This document shows, piece by piece, positions 10,061 through 19,864 of a stretch of 64,000 bases of DNA. Below the pieces are notes generated by a model. The model saw only the letters and a program-made list of their open reading frames with translations. It was not told where the DNA came from and searched no databases. The DNA is from Nanobdellota archaeon. GTDB lineage: Archaea > Nanobdellota > Nanobdellia > PEZQ01. The stretch spans positions 24,274 through 88,273 of the forward strand of contig JAAOXS010000021.1 of NCBI GenBank assembly GCA_018220985.1. The letters are read 5' to 3'. The first letter of the stretch is position 1; every line of letters begins with the position of its first letter. The position numbers were made by a program, and so were the translations under genes.

Positions 10061-11604
10061 AAGAACTATACAAGAATTACAAACTATGGATTCTTGCACT
10101 AATGCTAATCGCATCAATAATATTCATACACCCGAATATAACAGCAAAGGGTGTTGAAATAACAAGCGCGAAAAACCCTGCACCGTCAGATATTAAAGGA
10201 CAATTCTTAACTGGCATTGAAATAAATTACTTAAATTTTGTTGAAATAAATAACGTACAAGACTACGCGCAAGCAATCTCCCAAATACAACCAAACGACA
10301 CAATAAAACTAACAACATTAATAGAAAAAAACCCATTCATATACGCAGAACAAACAGCTTATCCATTTATAGCAGAACAGAAAGACAATAGAACAAATAT
10401 AGGAATACAAGTAAAACAAATAGAACCAACAAAACTATCATTTGGAATAGAACTAAATGGTGGAACAAAACTTGTACTACAACCCGCAGAAGAAATCACG
10501 GAACAAGATTACGAAAACTTACTGGACATACTACGACGGCGACTTGACTTATTCGGAGTTAAAGGAGCAACAGTCACCACTATCACAGACTTGTCAAGAA
10601 ATAAATACGTACAAGTCCAACTTGCAAGCGTAACCAACGAAGAAGCAATTGACTTAATAAGCAAAGAAGGTAAATTCGAAGCAAAAGTTGGAAACACAAC
10701 AGTATTCCTCGGAACAGACATAATCGACGTATGCTTAAGCAGTGGAGCTCAATGCGCTTACTACGTACGACCATTAGACTCGGGAAGTGGAAGCGTTATT
10801 TGGGAATTCGTTTTTGGAATAGCAATAAGCAAAGAAGCAGCTAACAAATTCGCAGCAACAACACTGCAACTCGCTGAAAACACGACATCAGGACAATGCT
10901 ACCTGAATGAAACAATAGATTTCTACATAGATGATGAAATAATTGAAGGTGCTTCACTTGGAATACCCTGCGATTTAAAAGGAAAAATAATTCTCAACCC
11001 AAGCATAACAGGAAAAAGAACAACACAAGAAGACGCGCAAGCAGAAATGCGCTACTTACAATCAATACTGCAATCAAGAAGCCTGCCAGTAAAAATGGAA
11101 ATACTAAGCGCGGAATCAGTATCACCAATTCAAGGGCAAATGTTCATACAAAACATTTTCATAGTATTCATAATATCAATAATCCTCGTTGACTTAATAA
11201 TCGCAATACGATACAAAAATCCTAAACTCATAATAATAACCATATTCATATCATTATCCGAAATATTCATAACGCTCGGCATCGCAGCAGGGATAGGATG
11301 GACACTAGACATAGCGTCAATAGCAGGAATAATCGCGAGCGTGGGAACAGGAATTAACGACCAAATAGTCATACTTGACGAAGTAGAAGAGAAAAAAGAC
11401 GTCTCACTGAAAAGACGGATAAAAAGCGCTTTCTTCATAGTAATAGCAGCTTACTTCGTAAGCGTTGCATCAATGATTCCACTATTTTTCGCAGGAGCAG
11501 GACTACTCCGCGGATTCGCGCTAACAACAATAATAGGCATAAGCGTAGGCGTACTCATCACGCGCCCAGCATTCGCAGAATTAATAAAAATCGTGAAAAA
11601 ATAA
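10057..11604 (+). CDS. secD: protein-export membrane protein SecD
   Basis: Contains FGIELNGGTKLVLQP (the SecD GGT motif) and a C-terminal TM bundle with GTGINDQIVILDEV. I place the start at ATG 10057 (MKELYK...), which overlaps the secF stop, rather than at track start 10009. Confidence 0.75.
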   Translation: MKELYKNYKLWILALMLIASIIFIHPNITAKGVEITSAKNPAPSDIKGQFLTGIEINYLNFVEINNVQDYAQAISQIQPNDTIKLTTLIEKNPFIYAEQTAYPFIAEQKDNRTNIGIQVKQIEPTKLSFGIELNGGTKLVLQPAEEITEQDYENLLDILRRRLDLFGVKGATVTTITDLSRNKYVQVQLASVTNEEAIDLISKEGKFEAKVGNTTVFLGTDIIDVCLSSGAQCAYYVRPLDSGSGSVIWEFVFGIAISKEAANKFAATTLQLAENTTSGQCYLNETIDFYIDDEIIEGASLGIPCDLKGKIILNPSITGKRTTQEDAQAEMRYLQSILQSRSLPVKMEILSAESVSPIQGQMFIQNIFIVFIISIILVDLIIAIRYKNPKLIIITIFISLSEIFITLGIAAGIGWTLDIASIAGIIASVGTGINDQIVILDEVEEKKDVSLKRRIKSAFFIVIAAYFVSVASMIPLFFAGAGLLRGFALTTIIGISVGVLITRPAFAELIKIVKK

Positions 11605-11610
11605 TTAATT

Positions 11611-11922
11611 ATGGAAAACTCTTTTTGTATATACTGTAAACAAATTGTTCATAATCAATTGCAAATTTGTAATTTTTGTGAAAAAGAATTATCAATTAAT
11701 ACACAAAATACTACATACCAAAATTTTTTAAAAAACATATCATGCCAAATTTTTGATTACTTAATAAAAACGGATTTTAAAGAAGGAATGCCTTTTGGGG
11801 ATATTAAAAATTATTTCAACTTAGAAAACGAATTATTAAATGACGCCCTTTTTGAACTAGCGTACTATGGTAAAGTATACGCGCCAAAACCAGAATTTTT
11901 CAAAGCTTATATAGAAAAATAA
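11611..11922 (+). CDS. small zinc-ribbon protein, function unknown
   Basis: Two CxxC pairs are present at the N-terminus (CIYCKQ...CNFCEK). No further recognisable motif. Confidence 0.4.
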   Translation: MENSFCIYCKQIVHNQLQICNFCEKELSINTQNTTYQNFLKNISCQIFDYLIKTDFKEGMPFGDIKNYFNLENELLNDALFELAYYGKVYAPKPEFFKAYIEK

Positions 11923-12062
11923 AGAATCTTAATTAGAACAAAACTATTTTTAAATTAAAAAATAAAATTAAAAATTATTTCTTAAGAAGTTCAATTGTTT
12001 CCACCGACCTTTCTTAAAAAGAAAACTTGAGCAAAAAAGAAACAAGTAAGAAGAAACTTGCA

Positions 12063-12082
12063 ATGAAATCAAATGATTTCAT
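12063..12082 (-). terminator. perfect 9+9 bp palindrome downstream of nac, possible terminator hairpin
   Basis: ATGAAATCA-AA-TGATTTCAT begins 43 nt after the nac stop. On the minus strand it is followed by a T-rich run (TTTCTTTTTTG). Confidence 0.3.
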
Positions 12083-12124
12083 GCACAGAAAATCTATTGA
12101 TTTTCTTATAAGAAAAAAAGAACA

Positions 12125-12433
12125 TTATTTTTTAAGAAGCTCTATCGCTTCAACTAAATCACCATTAGCGTTCTCCAAAGCAACACGCGCTTCATCTAAA
12201 CCAACACCCGACTGCTTAGAAACCAACTCAACATCCTCACTTGGCAAATCCTTAACTTCTCTCGCTTCACCTTTAATCTGATACATTTCCTCACCCATAA
12301 CCTTCATCTTCGTAATATCAGGATTGTCAATAACAATTTTTTTAGAACCGCTAAAAATTTCGACACGGTCAGCGTCCACTTGCTGCATGTTCATCTGTTT
12401 CATTAACTTACGCATCTGATTCGGGTTAAACAT
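12125..12433 (-). CDS. nac: nascent polypeptide-associated complex protein (NAC alpha, with UBA tail)
   Basis: Contains MFNPNQMRKLMKQMNMQQ..., the NAC beta-barrel, and a C-terminal UBA-like LDEARVALENANGDLVEAIELLKK. The track start at 12451 is TTG; the ATG at 12433 gives the canonical N-terminus. Confidence 0.8.
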   Translation of the reverse strand: MFNPNQMRKLMKQMNMQQVDADRVEIFSGSKKIVIDNPDITKMKVMGEEMYQIKGEAREVKDLPSEDVELVSKQSGVGLDEARVALENANGDLVEAIELLKK

Positions 12434-12485
12434 GAAACAAACAAATGGCAAAAGTATATATTAACTTTTTGATAAATAAATAATC

Positions 12486-13694
12486 ATGCCAAACATGGGA
12501 AAGGCAGTTCACACACTACTATTAGAAGAACGTAAACGCGTAAAAAACGTGTACTACTTATCACTAACACTAATGCTATTCGCACTAGGATGGGCAATAT
12601 CAGCCCCTTTTTACACGATTAACATGCAAAGCATAATACAAGACGCACTACTACTAGGAATATTCTTCAGCATGTGGGGACTCATAAGATTCTTTACAGA
12701 CACTTTCTTTGGAGCATTCTTCGACTTCATAGACAACAAAAAAATAATACTAATATCATTAGTAGGATACGCACTCGTTGGAATAGCATACTACTTTGTG
12801 AACAACATAATACCTTTATTCATACTAAGAATATTCCATATACTGATAGGCAGCTTGTTTTGGGTAGGTGTATGGGCTTACACTCATAAAATATCACCAA
12901 AAAATCGCAGAGAAGAAAACATAATGTTCGAAACAATATTCCTGAACGCACCGTACTTAATCGCACCATTCATAGGCGCACTACTATTTGCCATAACCAG
13001 CCCAAAAATCGTATTCTTAGCAATACCAATAACCATACTTCCAGCAATAATAATATTCAGCATTAAAGGCAAACCAACCAAACAAAAAAAGAAAATAACA
13101 ATAAAAAAAATACTCAAAAAAGAAATAAGAATAATACGCGAAAACAAAAAAAAAGTACTGACACTTTTTTATGTAATGACACCACAATTCCTCGTATCAT
13201 CAGCATTCTTTATATTCTTACCCATATACTTGCTAAACCAAGGATATGGTGCTTACTTCATAGCACTAACAGCTACGATAACAGTAATACCCTCATTACT
13301 CACATTACCATTAGGCAAGTTCGCAGATAAAAACGGAAGAATACCCGTTTTTACTGCAGGAACAATAGCGCTAACAATGGGATTATTATTATTTTATTAC
13401 GCGACAACATCACTACTACTACTGATTAGTATCTTCATAATAGGAAGCGGATTCGCAATAATAAGTCCAACAGCTAACGCGATTGTAGGCGACTTATCCG
13501 GAAAAAATGAAAAAGGCACATTATCAGGAATAACTGAAACCGCAAAAGACTTAGGAATGATGATAGGACCAATAATTGGAGGAATTGTTCTTAACATTTC
13601 AACACTACAACTACTCAGTTTACTACTATCAATAATACCCGTGTCTACCATGCTACTAGCACTAATTTTTGGAAAAATACCAAAAAAAGCTTAA
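12486..13694 (+). CDS. MFS-type transporter
   Basis: About 12 hydrophobic segments with a central basic loop (KGKPTKQKKKITIKK). The loop GKFADKNGRIPV resembles the MFS signature. Confidence 0.7.
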   Translation: MPNMGKAVHTLLLEERKRVKNVYYLSLTLMLFALGWAISAPFYTINMQSIIQDALLLGIFFSMWGLIRFFTDTFFGAFFDFIDNKKIILISLVGYALVGIAYYFVNNIIPLFILRIFHILIGSLFWVGVWAYTHKISPKNRREENIMFETIFLNAPYLIAPFIGALLFAITSPKIVFLAIPITILPAIIIFSIKGKPTKQKKKITIKKILKKEIRIIRENKKKVLTLFYVMTPQFLVSSAFFIFLPIYLLNQGYGAYFIALTATITVIPSLLTLPLGKFADKNGRIPVFTAGTIALTMGLLLFYYATTSLLLLISIFIIGSGFAIISPTANAIVGDLSGKNEKGTLSGITETAKDLGMMIGPIIGGIVLNISTLQLLSLLLSIIPVSTMLLALIFGKIPKKA

Positions 13695-13701
13695 ACACAA
13701 T

Positions 13702-14223
13702 TTACTTTCTTAAACCGCGCATTTTCCTACCCTGACTTGTTAAACCACGCAAAGCATTCATCTTCTTATTCTTATTCAAAACCCAATTTGTTTCCTCATC
13801 ATTCAAAATTCTTGGATGATTAGGATCAACACTCACAACTTCAAAATACTTGAATTGACCATCTTCACCAACCCAATAACTACCCAAAATCACGAGATTA
13901 GGGTGCTTTCTTTGAATTCTCTCTTCACAAATGAGTTGTAAACTTTTCTTATTAGAATACTTATTCTGACCGCTTTTACTTGGCTTACGACCAGAATGGA
14001 CTTGAACTCTCTTCCTACCGCCACGTTTGATTTTAATTCTATTAACTACAAAACCGCCTTTAGCTTTGTAACCGTACATTCGTGCTTTATCAATACGTGT
14101 TGGCTTACTAATTCGAACAATTGAATTATCTTTACGCCATGAGCGTATTTGTTTCTTGTACTCGTCCTTCATGGTTGAGAGTGGTTTCTTCCACAACTTA
14201 CCAAGGTACTTGTAAAATCCCAT
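13702..14223 (-). CDS. rpl15e: 50S ribosomal protein L15e
   Basis: MGFYKYLGKLWKKP...RPTRIDKARMYGYKAKGGFVVNRIKIKRGGRKR is the characteristic eL15 sequence. Confidence 0.9.
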   Translation of the reverse strand: MGFYKYLGKLWKKPLSTMKDEYKKQIRSWRKDNSIVRISKPTRIDKARMYGYKAKGGFVVNRIKIKRGGRKRVQVHSGRKPSKSGQNKYSNKKSLQLICEERIQRKHPNLVILGSYWVGEDGQFKYFEVVSVDPNHPRILNDEETNWVLNKNKKMNALRGLTSQGRKMRGLRK

Positions 14224-14315
14224 TATACTTTTTCTTACCTCTATACTTCACCTGTTCACAGGCACATCGTATGGTTAACTTAAAAAAAACAATTAAGAAT
14301 TACTTTTAAAGGTTA

Positions 14316-14900
14316 CTACAAATGACTTTCTAAAATTCCTCTAATTTCTTCAAGCAAGTTTTCAGGAATCTCATAAGATTCAGATATTTTTTTCAAATTA
14401 TCCAACTTTTTAGAAAATATAACACTTGCAAGATCTACAGCTATGCTCTTCAATTTAGTTTTAACTTCAATTTTACTTAAATTTTCAAAATCAGCATTTG
14501 TTACATTGGTTATTTCAAATAATGAACGATTAAAACCAATTATTACTAACAAATTATCTAATTCATTAATTTTTTTAATATGATAAACAGATCTTTCAGA
14601 ATCAAATTTTAGAACCTCCATGATACCATTAATAGAATCACTAATTGATTTTGACATGTTTTCAGTTCCAGAACCTGAATACACGTTTTCCAATTTTTTT
14701 AATTCAGATAACTGCGCTGCAAAAACACCACTACCCACTGGATTTAATATAAATTCACTAAATTTGTTAACATTATCTTTCATACGTAGTTCGTTAGGAT
14801 TAGGATGAGCAACAATAAATGCGCCAGTAGAATTAGTTATTATTGTAAGAATGTAATCTGTATTAAACCATTTAGGCTTTTTAATACTAAAAATTCCCAT
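14316..14900 (-). CDS. hypothetical protein (194 aa)
   Basis: A clean ORF with an ATG start. No motif I can name. Confidence 0.45.
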   Translation of the reverse strand: MGIFSIKKPKWFNTDYILTIITNSTGAFIVAHPNPNELRMKDNVNKFSEFILNPVGSGVFAAQLSELKKLENVYSGSGTENMSKSISDSINGIMEVLKFDSERSVYHIKKINELDNLLVIIGFNRSLFEITNVTNADFENLSKIEVKTKLKSIAVDLASVIFSKKLDNLKKISESYEIPENLLEEIRGILESHL

Positions 14901-14968
14901 GATAATTACTTATTTAAAATCAACTTTATATAAATTTTTTTAAACTAAATACACCACTTCTTTAAATT

Positions 14969-15523
14969 ATGTTAAAGAAAAACTTGTTACAAGCACAAAT
15001 AAGCAATAAAATAGGATTTAACAATTACGAATTACTACAACAAAAAAAACGAAAACTAGCAAAAAAAATAAGACTAACAAAAAAAACATATGACCAAATT
15101 ATTTTAGAACATGAATTTGCACAAATAGAAAATAAAGAAAGATTCTTTTTTTGTATTGGAAAAAAAGAAAATAGTACAACACATTTTAAACACTATCTTA
15201 GCAATGATGACTGTTTAGAATTTTATTTTATAAAAAGAAATTCAGACAGCATATCTTTAAAAAACATATTGAAATTACATGACTATATTGAAATTTTAGT
15301 TGAAAAAAATAAAATAGGAAAACAAAACAATCAACTTTTGTTTGGGCACACACACTTAACAAAACCACCGCATGATAAAGAGATTTTTCACGAATTAGAA
15401 AAAAAACAAATTTTTGAACAATGGGGAATATTAACATACATTATTTCTTACCCAAAAAATTCTAAAACACTTTTACACGCGTATAATATGAAATATAACG
15501 AACTTGAAATAATAATAAATTAA
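14969..15523 (+). CDS. hypothetical protein, weak JAB/MPN-like pattern
   Basis: IRLTKKTYDQIILEHEFAQIENKERFFFCIG and then LLFGHTHLTKPPHD loosely resemble the JAMM layout (E...HxH...D). The canonical S-x-x-D is not present. Confidence 0.4.
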   Translation: MLKKNLLQAQISNKIGFNNYELLQQKKRKLAKKIRLTKKTYDQIILEHEFAQIENKERFFFCIGKKENSTTHFKHYLSNDDCLEFYFIKRNSDSISLKNILKLHDYIEILVEKNKIGKQNNQLLFGHTHLTKPPHDKEIFHELEKKQIFEQWGILTYIISYPKNSKTLLHAYNMKYNELEIIIN

Positions 15524-16230
15524 AGTTTGCTAATAACTTTTCCCAAAGGAGTTAATTCAACTTTTTTTTCCCGACCATTCCTAACAGTTTTAACACAACC
15601 ATATTTCTCCAGCCTGTTCAAAAACTTTGAAAAACGAATAACATTTGAACGCGATTCCTCCCAACCCATACCCCTCATTATTTTAACAAAAGTTTCACTC
15701 ACGCCGCCTAAATCCTTTAACTTTGTAAGAATATCATTTAAAACACCCGCACGCAACTCATTAAAGTCTATTTTTGGCATGAAAATGCTAACTGGTTCAA
15801 CACCACCATCCTCAACAACTTTAACAGCGTAATCCTCAGGAACTTGAGGATTCTTAGGGGGAATATACACGCAAGAAACACTCTTAAACAAAATACCAGA
15901 AGTAATAGCTGCAATCTCAAAAGCTTTACGGGAAGAAGTAATATCAATTAATAACTCATTATTAGAAGCCAAATTAAGCAAGAAAGAAAAACACTCGTCA
16001 AAATCTCCTAAATCCATATCAACCACTTCAATAGAATTTTTATCATAAAACAAACTAATTTTCTCAATAATTTCATCAGCAAACTTTTTCGTCGTCTTCC
16101 TCCACGCACCAGTGTACTCAGAATCAGTGGTTTTAGTAATAATCAAAAAAACTTTTTCAGGCTTAAAACGAGCAATACTACTCAAAACACGATTTTTGTA
16201 AACGCCAACAGGCGCGACGAGAACAACCAT
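15520..16230 (-). CDS. Csa3-like regulator: CARF-like Rossmann domain plus C-terminal winged HTH
   Basis: By eye, the N-terminus MVVLVAPVG...KVFLIITKT...LLIDITSSRKAFEIAAITSG lines up with the Csa3 CARF core. The C-terminal FLNRLEKYGCVKTVRNGREKKVELTPLGKVISKL is a wHTH. The track start at 16236 is TTG; the ATG is at 16230. Confidence 0.5.
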   Translation of the reverse strand: MVVLVAPVGVYKNRVLSSIARFKPEKVFLIITKTTDSEYTGAWRKTTKKFADEIIEKISLFYDKNSIEVVDMDLGDFDECFSFLLNLASNNELLIDITSSRKAFEIAAITSGILFKSVSCVYIPPKNPQVPEDYAVKVVEDGGVEPVSIFMPKIDFNELRAGVLNDILTKLKDLGGVSETFVKIMRGMGWEESRSNVIRFSKFLNRLEKYGCVKTVRNGREKKVELTPLGKVISKL

Positions 16231-16284
16231 TAACAATCACTTGTTAATTGTTAATATTTCTTTTTATTTAATGTTTATTGTTAA
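16230..16284. promoter_or_regulatory. array of four TTGTTAA/TTAACAA heptamers in the divergent promoter, candidate operator
   Basis: TTAACAA lies at 16230-16236, and TTGTTAA at 16241-16247, 16248-16254 and 16278-16284. The first two form an inverted repeat that abuts the regulator's ATG. Confidence 0.35.
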
Positions 16285-16324
16285 GAAAATATACTTATAT
16301 TTGGTTTTAGTAAATAATTGTGCG

Positions 16325-16783
16325 ATGAAATGGTCTGTAATTTATTTTCATGTAACCTCCGATGAAGAACTGAAACTTGAAGAAAAACTGTTAAAAGAAA
16401 CTGTGAAAAAAAATGTTAACTGGACTAAACTCCCTCAAAAACTTATTGATGGTATAATCATACCGTCCAGTTTTAGAACTGATTATCAAGGAATTGAATA
16501 TTTAATAAGAGAATCTGGAAAAGAAGAGTGCAAAGTATACGAAATAACAGGTCAAAAACAAGACGTAAAAACATACTATAATAAGGATTATTTCAACTCT
16601 CAAAAAAGTAACACAAATTCAAAAGATATGATTGTTATGGACTTATACGACATCGTTACTACAAACAAGCTTAGACCAATAAAAGAAGCGCACTTGTGTG
16701 GAGCGCAGGGTTTTGGCGAAATTGGAGATTCGTGCCCAGGATGCGAAGGAAAATATAGAGAAAGAAGTGTGGTGATAAAATAA
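16325..16783 (+). CDS. hypothetical protein with C-terminal Cys cluster
   Basis: The C-terminus CGAQGFGEIGDSCPGCEGK may bind metal. I prefer ATG 16325 (MKWSVIYF...) to the TTG at 16241. Confidence 0.45.
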   Translation: MKWSVIYFHVTSDEELKLEEKLLKETVKKNVNWTKLPQKLIDGIIIPSSFRTDYQGIEYLIRESGKEECKVYEITGQKQDVKTYYNKDYFNSQKSNTNSKDMIVMDLYDIVTTNKLRPIKEAHLCGAQGFGEIGDSCPGCEGKYRERSVVIK

Positions 16784-17403
16784 TGAATAAAGAATCAATA
16801 TTAAATTATACTATGGATAATCTAATGGAAAGTAGACTACAAAGTAAATATGAAGAATTATTAATAAATAAAAATAATATACAAAAAGCTCTATGTTTAA
16901 TACGTATAACAGGATTACTTCCTAATGAAAATATTATTCAGAAAGCTTACAAACAACAGATTCAGAACGGTATTGATGAAAATGAAAATATTGATTGGAA
17001 TTATAGAGAACTTTGGCATGGTAGACCTTGGGACTGTGCCGGAGGCGGTGAACCTGTAGTTTGGTATAAAAAAGATATTGAAAATTATAAAGAAGGACTT
17101 CGTTCTTCTATTGCTTGTGGACGAGATGATTGGAAAAAATCAATAGAAAATATACAACTGCTTAGAGAATTAACAAATGTTGAACCCTCAAAAGAAATAA
17201 TTTATGAGGCAATTCAAATGTACATATCAAAAAAATGGAAATTAGACAAATTATCTGATGCTTTAGGCTTACATGTTGGAACATTACTCACATACTTATC
17301 TGAAGGTAGAAAGGACTCAAAAATAGAAAAAATTTTGGATAACCCTTCAGAATTTGAAGAAATATCCAGAAAACTTAAGAGTATAATTGAAGATGAAAAA
17401 TAG
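16783..17403 (+). CDS. hypothetical protein with HTH-like C-terminal segment
   Basis: Coupled by ATGA to the upstream ORF. LSDALGLHVGTLLTYLSEGR looks like a helix-turn-helix, and WHGRPWDCAGGGEPVVWY is an unassigned motif. Confidence 0.45.
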   Translation: MNKESILNYTMDNLMESRLQSKYEELLINKNNIQKALCLIRITGLLPNENIIQKAYKQQIQNGIDENENIDWNYRELWHGRPWDCAGGGEPVVWYKKDIENYKEGLRSSIACGRDDWKKSIENIQLLRELTNVEPSKEIIYEAIQMYISKKWKLDKLSDALGLHVGTLLTYLSEGRKDSKIEKILDNPSEFEEISRKLKSIIEDEK

Positions 17404-17453
17404 CGGACAAATACAATAATCCTTTTTTAACCATTGAAATTTTAATTCTAACA

Positions 17454-18629
17454 ATGAACACCGCATTATGCGCTAAGTGCAAAGGCAGAGGGTACTGTGG
17501 AAAACCCTGCCCATTTCTATCATACTACAAAAATGTAGAACTCAAAAAAGATTTTCTTTCAGAAACCCCGCCAAGCATATTCGTAGGCAGATTCAATTAC
17601 CCTAACGTGAATATAGGTGTTCTCTCACCACCTGAAGAAACGAAAAACGTAGAATACTTTGACAACCATTACGCATGGTTCAAAGAACGAAAATCACTAA
17701 ACGAAATTGCAGGACTAAGAGCCCAACTAATTAACTCAAGAATACGCGGAAGCGTAAAAAAACAAAACAAAATAATAGAAACCTTCCAAGAAATCACTTT
17801 AGGTAAGAAAAGCGTTGACTTAGAAATACACTTGAAAAAACAACCAAAACCAATAATGAACACTTTTACAACAAGCACGATGATAGGACCTCACGCGGAA
17901 CTTGAAAAAGTACGACTCGCAGAAAACGTGAAAGTTGACAAAAGAATAGAAAAAGCTTACTACGACACTGACTTGAAAAGTGTAAAAGCCATAAATGAAT
18001 TATATAAAAAAGGAGTTAACGAATCGAAACTGGCTAGAGTTCTTTCAGCAGGAATACTTGGAGTAAAAATTAATAGAAAACTCGTACCCACGCGGTGGAG
18101 CATAACAGCAGTGGATGATAATTTGGGGAAAAATTTGATAAAACAAATAAAATACAACAAACAAATAGACGAATACCACGTTTATTACTCTTCAAGAATG
18201 GGCAACGCGTTCTGCGTTATATTAATGCCAGGGCAATGGACTTACGAATTATTTGAATGCGTTCAAACAAATGAATTACAATACACAACGAACTACGAAA
18301 CGTACTATGGGAGAAAAGAATACGCTAAAGAAACAGCAGGCGGATATTACGCATCACGGCTTGGCGTGCTCGAACAATTAGTCAAGAAAAAAAGACAAGC
18401 GTCAGCGCTTATAATTAGAGAAATCACAAAAGACTATTACTTGCCTATTGGAGTATGGCAAGTTCGGGAAAACGTGAGAAACTCATTTAACAAAGTAATA
18501 AAATTCGGTGATTGGGAATTAGTAAAACAATACGTGACAAGACTGTTTAGCTTTAACATTAATGAAATACTAGTAAAAAGTAAATTGTTAAAAGAAAGAA
18601 AACAACCAAAACTCACGAACTATTTTTAA
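17454..18629 (+). CDS. nreA: archaeal DNA repair protein NreA family
   Basis: The N-terminal Cys motif is CAKCKGRGYCGKPCP. LVPTRWSITAVDD and GGYYASRLGVLE match NreA (DUF650/651). The C-terminus QPKLTNYF fits a PCNA-interacting PIP box (QxxLxxYF). Confidence 0.7.
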   Translation: MNTALCAKCKGRGYCGKPCPFLSYYKNVELKKDFLSETPPSIFVGRFNYPNVNIGVLSPPEETKNVEYFDNHYAWFKERKSLNEIAGLRAQLINSRIRGSVKKQNKIIETFQEITLGKKSVDLEIHLKKQPKPIMNTFTTSTMIGPHAELEKVRLAENVKVDKRIEKAYYDTDLKSVKAINELYKKGVNESKLARVLSAGILGVKINRKLVPTRWSITAVDDNLGKNLIKQIKYNKQIDEYHVYYSSRMGNAFCVILMPGQWTYELFECVQTNELQYTTNYETYYGRKEYAKETAGGYYASRLGVLEQLVKKKRQASALIIREITKDYYLPIGVWQVRENVRNSFNKVIKFGDWELVKQYVTRLFSFNINEILVKSKLLKERKQPKLTNYF

Positions 18630-18655
18630 AACAAAAATAACTTATCATATAACAT

Positions 18656-19297
18656 ATGAAAATCGTTGTAAGCCTTGGCGGATCAGCCTTTGTGAAAAAT
18701 GAAATAGATGTAGAATTCTTAAAAGAGCTTAAACAATTATTAGAAAAAAACACTAACAATTTTTGCATAATTACAGGCGGCGGAAAAATCGCGAGATACT
18801 ACTCTGAAGCCGGGCGAAAACTTGGGATAACGGAAAACGAACAACACACGCTCGGAAGAGATGTTACACTAATCAACGCACAACTACTAGCATACCACTT
18901 AAACACTGAATACTACTATGACAGTCCATCAAACATTACTCGGAAATGGAAAAAACAAACAATCATAACCGGAGGGTACACACCCGGATGGAACACTGAT
19001 GTGGGCGCGTCAATGATAGCATCAATCACTAACTCAACAATGATAAACATAACAAACGTGCCTTATGTTTATGATAAAGACCCAAAACTACCCGGAGCGA
19101 AACCCATAAAAAAAATGGGTTGGGAAAGAATGAAACAAATCGTCGGACTAACATTCACCCCCGGGCAAAACTCGCCATTACACCCAATAGCTGTTAAAAC
19201 ATGCGCGGAAAACAAAATAACACTCTTAGTGATGAACGTAAAAAATTTTAAGAAATATTTAAAAAATGAGAAATGGGAAGGAACAATAATTTCCTAA
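18656..19297 (+). CDS. pyrH: archaeal-type UMP kinase (amino-acid kinase fold)
   Basis: Contains MKIVVSLGGSAF, ITGGGKIARYY, ITGGYTPGWNTDVGA and VYDKDPKLPGAKP. Confidence 0.7.
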   Translation: MKIVVSLGGSAFVKNEIDVEFLKELKQLLEKNTNNFCIITGGGKIARYYSEAGRKLGITENEQHTLGRDVTLINAQLLAYHLNTEYYYDSPSNITRKWKKQTIITGGYTPGWNTDVGASMIASITNSTMINITNVPYVYDKDPKLPGAKPIKKMGWERMKQIVGLTFTPGQNSPLHPIAVKTCAENKITLLVMNVKNFKKYLKNEKWEGTIIS

Positions 19298-19330
19298 ACT
19301 TTAAAACGCTTACATGATTAATATATTTTT

Positions 19331-19864
19331 ATGGCAGACCTGTTCATAAACCCGTTCAATGACGCGGTAATAATAAGCCTAATCTCTGCAGGAGTTTACT
19401 TACTTGTAGGATTAATAGTGATATCCCTATTAATGAAGATTACACGTTCGTTCATAAATGATAATGATATTAAAAAAATGCTGAAAAGAATTGGAATAGG
19501 AATACATGGAATTGATATAATAATGTCAGGAATAAAACTTTACTTATACTTCATACTAATACTAATAATCTTAGGCAGACTTGGAGTGTCAAGCTTTCTA
19601 ACAGATGTAATAATACTTATTCTCATCATAGCAGTTATGGGAATACTATTGTTAAGTCTTAAGAATTTTGTGCCAAACGCTGCTGCAGGACTGTACATAT
19701 CATCAACAAACATGATAAGCAAAAATGACAAAATCGTTGTGGATAAACTTGAAGGAAGAGTAGATGAAATAAATCTGTTAAACACAATTCTAAAAAAGAA
19801 CAATAAAGAAAAAATAATAATACCCAACGCAATACTAATCAAAAAAAAGGTTGTTAAAAAATGA
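19331..19864 (+). CDS. small MscS-like mechanosensitive channel protein
   Basis: Three TM segments are followed by KNDKIVVDKLEGRVDEINLLNTILKKNNKEKIIIPNAIL, which matches the MscS beta-domain pattern gD.i.v.g..G.V.ei.l..T.l....g..v.iPN. Confidence 0.55.
   Translation: MADLFINPFNDAVIISLISAGVYLLVGLIVISLLMKITRSFINDNDIKKMLKRIGIGIHGIDIIMSGIKLYLYFILILIILGRLGVSSFLTDVIILILIIAVMGILLLSLKNFVPNAAAGLYISSTNMISKNDKIVVDKLEGRVDEINLLNTILKKNNKEKIIIPNAILIKKKVVKK

Noticed and set aside
11975-12004. A 30-nt copy (24/30 identical) of the 3' end of nac (…VE(A/T)IELLKK-stop) lies 150 bp downstream of the real nac stop.
   Set aside because: The reading frame is open for only 12 codons before an in-frame stop upstream. 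It is too short to call a pseudogene, and similarity of this length is not compelling in AT-rich DNA.
12027-12281. An 84-aa plus-strand ORF lies opposite nac. Many similar 60-135-aa ORFs lie antisense to clear genes (e.g. 849-1055, 4446-4682, 5269-5586, 27680-28084, 31395-31763, 35701-36072, 41871-42209, 47884-48261, 56061-56429).
   Set aside because: They lie entirely within well-supported genes on the other strand. Their composition is low-complexity (Leu/Phe/Ser/Cys-rich shadows of the A-rich coding strand), and they have no SD or motifs.
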